This document shows positions 48,419-57,476 of a stretch of DNA of 64,000 nt, one piece after another; the stretch's first letter is position 1, and every line of letters begins with the position of its first letter. The stretch spans positions 288,001-352,000 of the forward strand of contig JAVJQW010000043.1 in assembly GCA_040218735.1 (NCBI GenBank). The letters run 5' to 3'. The notes beneath the pieces are model-generated. The model was not told where the DNA came from. It did not search any database and saw nothing but the letters and a program-made list of their open reading frames with translations. Source of the DNA: Deltaproteobacteria bacterium. GTDB taxonomy: Bacteria > Myxococcota > Kuafuiibacteriia > Kuafuiibacteriales > Kuafuiibacteriaceae. The position numbers and the translations under genes were made by a program.

Positions 48419-49216
48419 ATGTCGGGTACTGTCGTCATGACCAAGCAGCACATCCATTGGCTCAGCCGGGCCCTGATCGTCCTGTTCGCCGGGGGCGGCA
48501 TCGTGTCCCTCTTCGTCGTGCCGACGAACCCCGTCTGGTGGACGGTCGACGTCCTGCTCCGCAGCTACGTGATGTTCCTGTGCACCGTCCTCGCGCACGA
48601 AGCCGCGCACGGTCAGCTCGGTCGCACCAAGTCCGCCAACCTGTGGTGGGGGCGCGTCGCGCTCCTGCTGCCGATGGTCCCGGCGCTCAACTTCCGCAAG
48701 ACGCACCGCCTCCACCACGCGCACACCAACGTCCCCGACCAGGACCCGGACTACTGGGTGAAGCCGAAGCGCTTCTGGGAGATGCCGCTGCGCGCCGTCG
48801 CGCTCCCGCACTACTGGCTCCTGTGGCTGTGGCGGAAGAACAAGGTCTCCCGCGCGGAGCTCGTCGAGATCGCGCTGTGGTACGTCGCGATGTTCACGAT
48901 CTACGGCGCGGTCTACTTCGTCGCCGGACCGACGCGCCTCGTGCTCGGCATGGTGCCGGCGCTCCTCATCGTGTCGCTGTTCCTCTGGTACCCCTTCGCG
49001 GTGAAGACCCACGAAGGTTTCTCGACGGGCGCGCCCGAGACCCGCTCGCACGACTACTACGGCGTCGGCGTCTACTGGCTGACGCTCGGGTTGTCGATGC
49101 ACCGCGCGCACCACCTCCACCCGTCGAAGAGCTGGGTCGAGTTGAGGCCCTACGTTCGCGCCGCGCCGCTGCCGTGGTGGCGGCGAATGTTGTTCCCGCG
49201 TGACATCCGCGTCTGA
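48419..49216 (+). CDS. Membrane fatty acid desaturase family protein
   Basis: Three His boxes HEAAH, HRLHH, HRAHH; TM segments. Confidence 0.85.
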   Translation: MSGTVVMTKQHIHWLSRALIVLFAGGGIVSLFVVPTNPVWWTVDVLLRSYVMFLCTVLAHEAAHGQLGRTKSANLWWGRVALLLPMVPALNFRKTHRLHHAHTNVPDQDPDYWVKPKRFWEMPLRAVALPHYWLLWLWRKNKVSRAELVEIALWYVAMFTIYGAVYFVAGPTRLVLGMVPALLIVSLFLWYPFAVKTHEGFSTGAPETRSHDYYGVGVYWLTLGLSMHRAHHLHPSKSWVELRPYVRAAPLPWWRRMLFPRDIRV

Positions 49217-50357
49217 GCTCGCCGCGAGTCCGCTCGATCGCATCAGCGCGATCATGGACAGCCCCGTCCGTCCGCTGGACGGCGGCCTGATCCTCACCCT
49301 CCGTGAGGTGCCTTCACTCGAGGCGCTCGAACGCGGCGCCGCAAGCGCGCGCGAGGTCTACCCGGTTTCGCGCTGCGTCCTCGACGACCGGACGTGGCGA
49401 CGCGTCGACGACCCGCCCGCCATCGCGACGGGTGACGACGTGCAGGCCTTCCTCGACGCGGGCGCGCCTGTCCGCGAGACCCCGTCACCGAGGCAGCTCC
49501 TCGCCGACCAACACCTCGTCACCGTCGGGCACCACGCCGCCGGTGACCTCGTGTCGATCCTCGCGTGGGTGCGTCACCAGCTCGACGTCGCGTTCGGTCG
49601 CGACCCCGCGCCGCCGTCCTCACTGGAGCTCACGGGCTGCGACCAGGCGGTGCGCAAGAGCAAGTACGCCTGGTCGGGCGCGTCGACGAAGCTGTGGTCC
49701 CGCGGCGGCCCCTCGAACGTCCGGCGGAGGAAGAAGCTCCACGTCACCCCGTTCTCTCCGCGCGGCGACGTCACCTACAACGACGTGCTCCTCACCGCGA
49801 CGCTCGACACCTTCGCCGCGTTCAACGCCGACCGCGGCGCTTCGACCGAGCAGATTGCGGTGTGGTGTCCGGTGAACGTCCGCGCGCGCCCCTTCGACGG
49901 GTTCGGAAACGGATCGAGCCGCGTGCGGATCTACCGTCGCTACGACGACGACACGCCCATCGCGGATCGCGTCGCTCACGTCCGCGAGCAGGTTCGGTGG
50001 ACCAAGAAGAACGGCGAGTGGTTCGTGCCGGTCGACCACCCGCTGCTGTCCGGACCGGCTTGGCTACTGCGCATGTACCTGTCGCGCCCGTGGGTCGACA
50101 TGGCGACCGGCGCGTTCTCCCACGGCGAGCGTGTGGGCCCCGGCGACGACGACACGTTGTGGCCGGAGGTCGAGGACCTGGAGATCGTCGGCCAGCTCGA
50201 CCGGCGCCACCCGTTCGGCATCTTCGGCGCCACGTTCCGCGGTCTCACCCGGCTCACGCTGCTCTACGACCCGGGCCAACTCGAAGGTGAGGACGTCGAT
50301 GCGCTCGCGGACATCTTCACCGAGCGGCTCGAAGCCGCACGCGCGGCGCTGACGTGA
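49200..50357 (+). CDS. Condensation-domain/CoA-dependent acyltransferase-like protein
   Basis: HHAAGD (HHxxxD), TYNDVLL, PVNVR, FGNG motifs typical of PapA5/condensation-like folds. Confidence 0.65.
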   Translation: MTSASELAASPLDRISAIMDSPVRPLDGGLILTLREVPSLEALERGAASAREVYPVSRCVLDDRTWRRVDDPPAIATGDDVQAFLDAGAPVRETPSPRQLLADQHLVTVGHHAAGDLVSILAWVRHQLDVAFGRDPAPPSSLELTGCDQAVRKSKYAWSGASTKLWSRGGPSNVRRRKKLHVTPFSPRGDVTYNDVLLTATLDTFAAFNADRGASTEQIAVWCPVNVRARPFDGFGNGSSRVRIYRRYDDDTPIADRVAHVREQVRWTKKNGEWFVPVDHPLLSGPAWLLRMYLSRPWVDMATGAFSHGERVGPGDDDTLWPEVEDLEIVGQLDRRHPFGIFGATFRGLTRLTLLYDPGQLEGEDVDALADIFTERLEAARAALT

Positions 50358-51850
50358 TTCACGAGCTGCTCCGTTGGTGGATCGGGCTCGGCATCACCGC
50401 GCTGGGGCACGTGCTCACGCTCGTGCATCGCGTTCGCACGAAGCGCTACCGGAGCACGCAAGCCAGCTTGCGCGAGCGCTACGGCGTCGAGGGGGCACCG
50501 ATCCTTGCTTGGGGACCACAGCTCGAAGCCCGCGTCGTCGAATTCGCCGAAGCCCACGACGCGCGCTTCGCGTTCACCTCCGGCTCCACGGCGCGCCCGA
50601 AGCGCATCGCCTACCCGGCGTCGCGCGTGCGCATGGTGAAGTGGGTCTACTCGGACACCTTCGCGCGGTGTTACGCGGCGCTCGCGATCCGTCGCAAGAG
50701 CCTCTACGTGTTCAGCGCGCTCGCCGAGGACGGCTCCCTCACGGGCATCCTCCTCGAGGAGCCGCGCCTCGTCCCGTTCTTCTCCGGACTCCAGGCCCCC
50801 TACCGCGTGCACGCACACCCCGCGATGCAGGCGCTCGTGCCGAAGTACGGCGCGTCGGCGGCGCGACTGTTCGTCCTGCTCGTCAGCAACCCGGGGGTGC
50901 TCTACGCGACGAACCCTTCGACGCTCGCGCAGTTCTTCGAGCACGTTTACGAACGCTGGGACGAGACCCGCCGGCTCGCCGCCGACTTCCTGCGCGATCC
51001 CTCGGCGTTCGATCCGATCGTTCGACGGATACGTCGGCGCCTGCATTCGGTCGGCGCCGACGCACGCCTCGCGCTCGCCACCGAGGCCTCGGCGCCTCCG
51101 GTCGAAGTGCTCCTCCCCGGGCTCGAGGCGTACGTCTGCTGGGACGGCGGCTACGTCCGCCCGTTCCTCGAGCGCCTCGCGCTGCACCTCCCCGCGGACC
51201 GCTACCGCCACGTGCCGATGTACTCGATGTCCACCGAGACCATCGAGACCATCGCCGACTTCACCGACGGCGTCCGATTCCTCCCGATGGCGCCGGGGGT
51301 GCACTACGAGCTCCTCCCCGAGGGCGCCGACGACGACGTCGAGCGACTCGTGTCCCCTGGGGACGCCGAGGTCGGCGCGCTCTACACCCTCGTCGTCTCG
51401 GACCCGTACGGACTGCTGCGCTACCAGACCAACGATCTGTTCGAGTGCGTCGGACACGTCGAAGGCGTCCCCGATCTCCGCTTCGTTCGCCGCCGCGGCC
51501 TCGAACACTCCTTCACCGGCGAGAAGATCACGGGCGCGCAGCTGGAAGCCGCGTACCGCGAGCTCGCGCTCTCGACCTTCGCCACGTGCATCCCGCACGC
51601 CGCGCCCGAACCGCACTACGAGCTCGCCGTCGTCGCCGACGCGGTCCCCGACGGGCTCGCGGAGCGCTTCGACCGCGCGCTCGGCGCGCAGAACGAGGAG
51701 TACGCCTCCAAACGGAAGAGCGGCCGCCTGGGGGCCCCTCGCGCGACGGCGAACGCGCTCCGCGCCCTCGTGGCCCGTGTGGGGGGCGGAGACGACTGGG
51801 AGTCGCAGTTCAAGCTCCTCCCGCTCCACCGCGAACGACACTCCGGTTGA
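50354..51850 (+). CDS. GH3-family acyl-adenylate/amido synthetase
   Basis: FTSGSTARPK, YSMSTE, GLLRYQTND, SFTGEK, NEEY..KR, QFK; GTGA overlap. Confidence 0.75.
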   Translation: MIHELLRWWIGLGITALGHVLTLVHRVRTKRYRSTQASLRERYGVEGAPILAWGPQLEARVVEFAEAHDARFAFTSGSTARPKRIAYPASRVRMVKWVYSDTFARCYAALAIRRKSLYVFSALAEDGSLTGILLEEPRLVPFFSGLQAPYRVHAHPAMQALVPKYGASAARLFVLLVSNPGVLYATNPSTLAQFFEHVYERWDETRRLAADFLRDPSAFDPIVRRIRRRLHSVGADARLALATEASAPPVEVLLPGLEAYVCWDGGYVRPFLERLALHLPADRYRHVPMYSMSTETIETIADFTDGVRFLPMAPGVHYELLPEGADDDVERLVSPGDAEVGALYTLVVSDPYGLLRYQTNDLFECVGHVEGVPDLRFVRRRGLEHSFTGEKITGAQLEAAYRELALSTFATCIPHAAPEPHYELAVVADAVPDGLAERFDRALGAQNEEYASKRKSGRLGAPRATANALRALVARVGGGDDWESQFKLLPLHRERHSG

Positions 51851-51889
51851 GTTTTCGGCGAGACGGCCGAATCGACAGAGTGGTTCACC

Positions 51890-53542
51890 ATGAAACGCAT
51901 CGCCATCGCGCTGCTCCTCTTCGGGTGCGCACCCTCCGAGCTCACCGATTCCACGTCCGCCGCGCTCGCGCCCGCGGGGAGCGACGCGTCGTTCGCGAGC
52001 CACTCCGTGCCCGCGCTCTTCGCGCCCGGCGAACGTGTCAACGTGTCCGTCGTCGCCCAGAACACCGGCGCCACGCCGGGGGTGAACGACTGGGCGCCGG
52101 GGGCCTACGCGCTGTATCAGCAGAACACCACGTTCCGCGCGACGGCGCCGCGGGTGATCGTCCCGACGCCCGTCGGCGCGAGCCACGACTTCCGCGGGGT
52201 CGTCACCGCACCGACGACCGTCGGCGCGCATACCTTCTCCGCGCGCATGCACAGCCTCGCGCTCGCGGAGCGCGGTGACTTCGGCGAGACCCTCGTCGTC
52301 CCGAACGTGCAGGTGGTCGCCGGCCGACGTCCCCGTTGGGGCTGCGCGCTCGCGTCGGACGACGTGCCGTCGACGATCGCGCCCGACGCGATCACCACCG
52401 TCAACGTCACCGTCGTGAACACCGGCACGGCCGACTGGGACGTCGGTGCGCACTGCCTTCGCACCACGAACACCGTGGCGGGGACGTTCGGCGCCTCGGC
52501 GATCTGCCCGGCCAACGACGCTTTCGTCCCGGGCGCTCCGCAGGGCACCCCGGTCGGCACCGGCGCCTCGCACACGTTCAGCTTCACGATTCGTGCGCCC
52601 GCCACGCCGGGGGCCTACCGCTTCCGACGACAGATGTACGAGATCCGGCCGTGGTCGCAGGGCGGCGTCACGTTCTTCGCGCCCTCCGACTGCGTCGACC
52701 TCCCGGTACAGGTCGCGGTGCCGACCGGACCGCGACCCTACGACGCGATCTTCGAGGCGAGCGCGAGTCAGCTCCCCACGCAGATGGCGCCCGGCGAGCG
52801 GCGCCGCATCTCGGTGCGCATGATGAACGCCGGCACGGCGACGTGGCCCGGTGACGGGACGGTCGCGCCCGGCAACACGATCCTCCGCAGCGTCGGTACG
52901 CCGTTCGATCGCTTCGGTCCTACGACGACGATCGCGAACCCCGCGCCCGTCTACCCCGGCGCGAGCGCGGACTACGCGTGGGTCATCACGGCGCCGGCGA
53001 CGCCCGGCGCCTACCCGCTCCAGTTCCAGAGCTACGGCGCGTTCACGGGGGCAGGGTACTTCGGCGAGGTCACCTCCGCGACGATCGCCGTCGTCGCCGG
53101 TGCGCAGCGCGCGCACGACGCGGACGTCTCCGCGGTGTACTTCCCGATCATGTCCCCGCTGCGCCCCGCGACGTTCGAAGTCGTGATGCGCAACCGCGGC
53201 TCGGACCCCTGGGTCGCGGGCGCCTACGCGCTCGTCTCCACGGGGTCGCCGGTGAACCTGTTCGGCACGACCGTCGTCCCGCTCGATGTGGACGTCCCCA
53301 GCGGGGGCAGCGTGAAGTTCAGCTTCGCGGTGCGCGGACCGCAGAACGCGGGCACCTTCCCCGTGCGTTTCACCATGCGTCACCCCGACGCCGCGATCGG
53401 TGTCTTCGGCGACGAGACACCGGGGCACGTGCTCGTCCTCGCGACGTGCGGCAACCAGCAGCTCGATCCGAACGAGCAGTGCGACGACGGCAACACGACC
53501 GGCGGCGACGGCTGCTCACCGGGCTGTCAGCTCGAACCCTGA
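51890..53542 (+). CDS. Lipoprotein with about four Ig-like (NBR1-like) repeats and a terminal Myxococcus-type Cys-rich repeat
   Basis: LFGC lipobox; repeated PGE...V..N.G...W...F...AP..PG.Y; CGN..D..EQCDDGN..GDGCS..C tail. Confidence 0.75.
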   Translation: MKRIAIALLLFGCAPSELTDSTSAALAPAGSDASFASHSVPALFAPGERVNVSVVAQNTGATPGVNDWAPGAYALYQQNTTFRATAPRVIVPTPVGASHDFRGVVTAPTTVGAHTFSARMHSLALAERGDFGETLVVPNVQVVAGRRPRWGCALASDDVPSTIAPDAITTVNVTVVNTGTADWDVGAHCLRTTNTVAGTFGASAICPANDAFVPGAPQGTPVGTGASHTFSFTIRAPATPGAYRFRRQMYEIRPWSQGGVTFFAPSDCVDLPVQVAVPTGPRPYDAIFEASASQLPTQMAPGERRRISVRMMNAGTATWPGDGTVAPGNTILRSVGTPFDRFGPTTTIANPAPVYPGASADYAWVITAPATPGAYPLQFQSYGAFTGAGYFGEVTSATIAVVAGAQRAHDADVSAVYFPIMSPLRPATFEVVMRNRGSDPWVAGAYALVSTGSPVNLFGTTVVPLDVDVPSGGSVKFSFAVRGPQNAGTFPVRFTMRHPDAAIGVFGDETPGHVLVLATCGNQQLDPNEQCDDGNTTGGDGCSPGCQLEP

Positions 53543-54855
53543 GGCGCTGAGGCGCTCACGCCTCGGAACGCATCCCGATCGATCCCATACAGCTCCATCC
53601 ATCGGTAGACCTGCTGTCGGTGGCAGTCGAACGCGCGGCACACCCCGGCGACGTTGCCGTCGTGGACTTCGAGCGCCTCGACCAGCGCTTCGCGCGAAGG
53701 CGGCGCTCCGTCCTTACACTGCGTGTTCGTAGTCGTCGTGGGGAGGCAAGCCGCGTCGACGACGCCGGACGCATCCATCATGATCGCGCAGAACTTCGCG
53801 GTGTGCTGTAGCTCGCGGATGTTCTGCGGCCACGCGTGGGCGAGCAGCGATTCGGCCGCGCACGGCGCGATCCTCGCCTCGGGCACGTCGAGGAAACGGT
53901 GGAACAGCGGGAGGATCTCCGACCTACGCTCCGCGAGCGGCGGAATTCGAATCGTCACGCCCCGAAGGCGAGCGAGGAGATCCTCTCGGAACGTACCTTC
54001 GCGGACGCGTCGTTCGAGGTCCGCGTGGGTCGCTGCGATGACCCGGACGTCCACGCGTCGCTCGGCGTCGGAGCCGACTGGGCGCACGAAGCCATCCTGG
54101 AGTGTCCGGAGCAGGTGCGCTTGCAGCTCGAGCGGGAGCTCGGCGATCTCGTCGAGGAGCAGGGTGCCTCCGTGGGCCCGCACGAAGAGGCCGTCGCGCT
54201 CTCGCGTCGCGCCCGAGAACGCTCCGATTGCGTGCCCGAAGAGCTCACTCGCGATCAGCCCCGGCGGAAGCGCGCCGCAGTTGACGGGGACGAAGTCGCC
54301 GTCGCGTCCGGACCGCTCGTGAATGCGTCGTGCGAGGTGTTCCTTCCCTGCGCCGGTGTCGCCGACGACCAGCACGCCGAGCTCGTGCGGCGCGACGCGG
54401 TCGGCGAGCGCGTGCGCGGGGAACAGCGCGGGGGGCGCGCCTGGCCACCATTCGGGCGTCGAACGCGACACGGTGAAGAGGGTCGCGCCGATTCGGACGA
54501 GCGCACCGGGGCGGAGGTACGCGGAGGCGGTTCGACGGCCATCGACGTAAGTGCCGTTGAGGCTCTGTTCATCGTCGATGCGGTAGACACCGACGGAGCG
54601 GACGAGACGAATCGTCGCGTGGTGTCGACTGGCGCCGGGGTCCGAGATGCGCCAACCATCGCGCTCGTCAACATCGCGGCCCAGGCGCAGCTTCGATCGC
54701 CCCAAGGCGCGGTGCGTGGGATGACGCTCTTCCGGGTAGAGCTGGGTGAGGACCCAAGTCGTGGAGTCCCGCCTAAGCTTCGTGGGTACCGGTAGGGGAC
54801 AGGTCGTGTCGGTCCGGATCGTCGAGTGAATCGTGGCGGTAGATGAAGCGTGCAT
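53527..54855 (-). CDS. FHA-domain sigma54-dependent transcriptional activator (bEBP)
   Basis: FHA (LGR, SRHH, SLNGT), GDTGAGKE, VNCG, SELFGH..GAFSGA, LLDEI, FREDL, WPQNIREL, C-terminal HTH. Confidence 0.88.
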   Translation of the reverse strand: MHASSTATIHSTIRTDTTCPLPVPTKLRRDSTTWVLTQLYPEERHPTHRALGRSKLRLGRDVDERDGWRISDPGASRHHATIRLVRSVGVYRIDDEQSLNGTYVDGRRTASAYLRPGALVRIGATLFTVSRSTPEWWPGAPPALFPAHALADRVAPHELGVLVVGDTGAGKEHLARRIHERSGRDGDFVPVNCGALPPGLIASELFGHAIGAFSGATRERDGLFVRAHGGTLLLDEIAELPLELQAHLLRTLQDGFVRPVGSDAERRVDVRVIAATHADLERRVREGTFREDLLARLRGVTIRIPPLAERRSEILPLFHRFLDVPEARIAPCAAESLLAHAWPQNIRELQHTAKFCAIMMDASGVVDAACLPTTTTNTQCKDGAPPSREALVEALEVHDGNVAGVCRAFDCHRQQVYRWMELYGIDRDAFRGVSASAPQGSS

Positions 54856-54948
54856 CGACGCGATCGAGGATGCGGGGCGGGGTCGGCGAGGCCCACGACC
54901 GATCGTCTGGAGTTCTTGCTCCAGCGTCCGGGGGGGCCGTGGTGCTGG

Positions 54949-55959
54949 TCACGCCGACGGCGCAGGGCCGAAGGGCGATCGGGTCTCGCGCCACTCGGTT
55001 GGGGGAATGCCCACCACGCGCTTGAACGCGCGACTGAACGCCGCCTCGGATTCGTAACCGACTTCCTGCGCGACTGCGAAGAGCTTGACCCCTTCGTTCG
55101 TGAGCTGACGCGCCGCGAGCTGCATTCGCCAGAGCGTGAGGTACTGCATCGGAGGTTGTCCGACGAGGCGCGCAAAGCGCTCGGCGAGCGTCGATCTCGA
55201 CGACCCGACGGCCCGTGCGAGGTTCGCGAGGGTCCATCGTTCTCGCGGCCGACCGTGGATCAGCGCGAGTGCCTTCGACACGATCGGTTCCCGCAGCCCC
55301 GCGAGCCACCCCGTCGGGATCGGCTCGGAGGACGTGACGTAGCGGCGAAGGACCGCGATCAACATCGCTTCGCTCAGGCGCAGGAGCACGCTCCGCCCAC
55401 CGTCCCCGGGGGCGAATGCCTCCTGGAGCGCGAAGTCGATCAGGTTGGAGAGGTGATCCGTGCGACCGTCGTCGAGCCGCGGCACCCGGATGAGTCGGGG
55501 GAGGGACTCGATGAGTGGGTTGTACGGACTCAAGTCACACCCCAGGAACCCACAGATGATTCGGTTGGACTCCTCGCCCCCGCCACCGTCGCGGATGACG
55601 TTGCCGAACTCTCCGTCCCGGATCTGTCGGAGTACGTGCTCCGCGCCGGTGGTGTGCTCGGGGTCGTAGAGGAGCGGTTCGTTCGACATCACGTACGCGT
55701 CGCCCCGGGGGACGACGAAGATGTCCCCGGTCTCGAGGTGCACCGGATCCTCGCCCGGTACACCGCCCCAGCACGGGCCCTCCGTCACGATGTGGTACGA
55801 GATGATTCGCTCCGCGTCGGGGAGCAGGTACGACCCCAGCCGATCGTCACTCGGGATGTCGTAGCGAAAGGGCCACGATGGCTCCCAGACGAAGAGCGTC
55901 GCGCCGTTCAGCCGGACGTGGTCCAGGACGTCGGAGATGGGGTCGCCGTCGCTCTTCAT
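54949..55959 (-). CDS. AraC family transcriptional regulator with cupin-like N-domain
   Basis: DPISDVL, CGFLGCD, GWLAGL, WTLANLA, PMQYLTLWRM, VGYESEAAFSRAFKR. Confidence 0.92.
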   Translation of the reverse strand: MKSDGDPISDVLDHVRLNGATLFVWEPSWPFRYDIPSDDRLGSYLLPDAERIISYHIVTEGPCWGGVPGEDPVHLETGDIFVVPRGDAYVMSNEPLLYDPEHTTGAEHVLRQIRDGEFGNVIRDGGGGEESNRIICGFLGCDLSPYNPLIESLPRLIRVPRLDDGRTDHLSNLIDFALQEAFAPGDGGRSVLLRLSEAMLIAVLRRYVTSSEPIPTGWLAGLREPIVSKALALIHGRPRERWTLANLARAVGSSRSTLAERFARLVGQPPMQYLTLWRMQLAARQLTNEGVKLFAVAQEVGYESEAAFSRAFKRVVGIPPTEWRETRSPFGPAPSA

Positions 55960-56007
55960 GAGGCGGCGAAATTAACACGTACCGATCGGTGAGCGATGTG
56001 CGCTCCG

Positions 56008-56451
56008 CTACGCGCGGCGTGCAGGGACGCGACGAGTTGCGCGACGGCGCTCGAGATCCGTCCAGCGGCGCTGGTGCAACATCGCGTTGCCGCGCGCGCG
56101 TCCGGGGGCGCGATCGATCGCGGCTGCGTGAATGCGGTGACCCGTGACGTCGACGCTACGGGACTTCTTGGCTTCACCCGCCTCCTGAAGGATCGCGGGC
56201 GCGCGGAGCTTCAGCACGACGATCAGCTGCGTGGCCGCCGCGGTCGCTTCCGCCTGCCCGAGCGCGATCGCGAGGCGCGCGAGGGTCTCGAGCGCCTGCG
56301 CCTTCGACACGCCGGGTTGTGTGAGGCACCTGTCGACCGCGTCCGCGAGGCGCTCCGGGGCCCCCCAGACGAATCGACCGGTCTCGGCGTCCGTCGCGAG
56401 CAGCGCAAACACGGGGCTGAGGCGCTTCACCCAGATCTTCGGGACGTTCAT
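56008..56451 (-). CDS. Hypothetical protein coupled to the upstream Gly/Asp-rich gene
   Basis: TGATG stop/start overlap at 56449-56453. Confidence 0.6.
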   Translation of the reverse strand: MNVPKIWVKRLSPVFALLATDAETGRFVWGAPERLADAVDRCLTQPGVSKAQALETLARLAIALGQAEATAAATQLIVVLKLRAPAILQEAGEAKKSRSVDVTGHRIHAAAIDRAPGRARGNAMLHQRRWTDLERRRATRRVPARRA

Positions 56452-57317
56452 CAGGCGTCACCGCTCCCGCCGTCACTGTCGCCGTCGCTGGCGCCCGCGT
56501 CGGAGTCCGAGTCCGCAGACGCCGAAGCCGAATCGGTGTCGGAGTCCGTCGCGTCGCTGACCGCGTCGCTCACGGCGTCGACGGCGTCGCTGATCGCGTC
56601 GCCGATGCCCGCGACCGCGTCGCCAAGTCCTGAGACCGCGTCGCCGATCGCGTCGCCGATGCCCGAGACCGCGTCGCCGAAGCTGTCCGCCATCCCCGAG
56701 AGGCCGTCGGAGAGCCCGTCGAGGCCGAACGCGCCGGCGACCCCGGCGAGGCCGTTGAGCGCGCCGCCGACCGTGCCTGCGAACCCGCCGAGCGCGCCGT
56801 TCACCGCCGCGCTGGCGATGCCCGAGAGGCCCTTGCCTTCGAGCGCCGCTTCGACCGCGCTGGCCGCGAAGCCGAGGCCCGGCACCGCGCCGACCACCGA
56901 GGCCGCGACGGACGCAGGGCTGGACGCGTCGATGCCCAACGCACCGAGCGCCGCGGTCGCGTCGCCGGCGGCGAGGCCGCTCACCGCGTCGGTGATCCCG
57001 TCGATGTCGACGCCGGTCACGGCGCCGACCACGTCCGCGACGTCCGTCGAGCCGGTCAGGCCGGAGATGTCGACGCCGGTGACGGCGCCGATCGCGTCGG
57101 TCACCCCGGAGAAGTCGATGCTCCCCGTGCCGGCCGGAGCCGCGCCGCTGAAGCCGTCGAACCCGGGCCCGCCGCCGAGCGCGGCGAGCGTCGCGGGCAC
57201 CCGCGCGCCTACATCGTCGCCCCACATGGACATGACGAGCTCGCTGAACTGCTGCGCGGAGGCCGCGTTGAGGCCCCCGATGGAGAAAGCGGATCCGCTG
57301 ACGGAATTGACGGCCAT
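56451..57317 (-). CDS. Low-complexity acidic Gly/Ala/Ser/Asp-rich protein (288 aa)
   Basis: ATG 57317 (MAVNSVSGS...); no Cys/His/Tyr, one Lys and one Arg; GDAV/GDAI repeats; DS-rich tail; sigma54-type promoter just upstream. Confidence 0.75.
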   Translation of the reverse strand: MAVNSVSGSAFSIGGLNAASAQQFSELVMSMWGDDVGARVPATLAALGGGPGFDGFSGAAPAGTGSIDFSGVTDAIGAVTGVDISGLTGSTDVADVVGAVTGVDIDGITDAVSGLAAGDATAALGALGIDASSPASVAASVVGAVPGLGFAASAVEAALEGKGLSGIASAAVNGALGGFAGTVGGALNGLAGVAGAFGLDGLSDGLSGMADSFGDAVSGIGDAIGDAVSGLGDAVAGIGDAISDAVDAVSDAVSDATDSDTDSASASADSDSDAGASDGDSDGGSGDA

Positions 57318-57332
57318 AACGTCGCCGAAGAG

Positions 57333-57348
57333 AGCAGCTTTTGTGCCG
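57333..57348 (-). promoter_or_regulatory. Sigma54 (-24/-12) promoter
   Basis: Minus strand CGGCACAAAAGCTGCT = GG-N10-GC matching the TGGCAC-N5-TTGCW consensus, ending 16 nt before ATG 57317. Confidence 0.65.
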
Positions 57349-57388
57349 GGCCTTCGCGCTCCACCGCGGCGGAGCGATCGGCCCGATC

Positions 57389-57432
57389 GTGTCGGGTCGG
57401 CCCGGCACAACGGTGTTGGGTGCGCCCGACAC
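57389..57432. promoter_or_regulatory. Two tandem imperfect palindromes (consensus GTGTCGGG-N4-CCCGACAC), candidate upstream activator sites
   Basis: GTGTCGGG-TCGG-CCCGGCAC (57389-57408) and GTGTTGGG-TGCG-CCCGACAC (57413-57432), 24-bp period. Confidence 0.55.
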
Positions 57433-57476
57433 ACGAGATTGTGCGCATCAGGTGATCTCAGTACGCTCGGCGGGTC

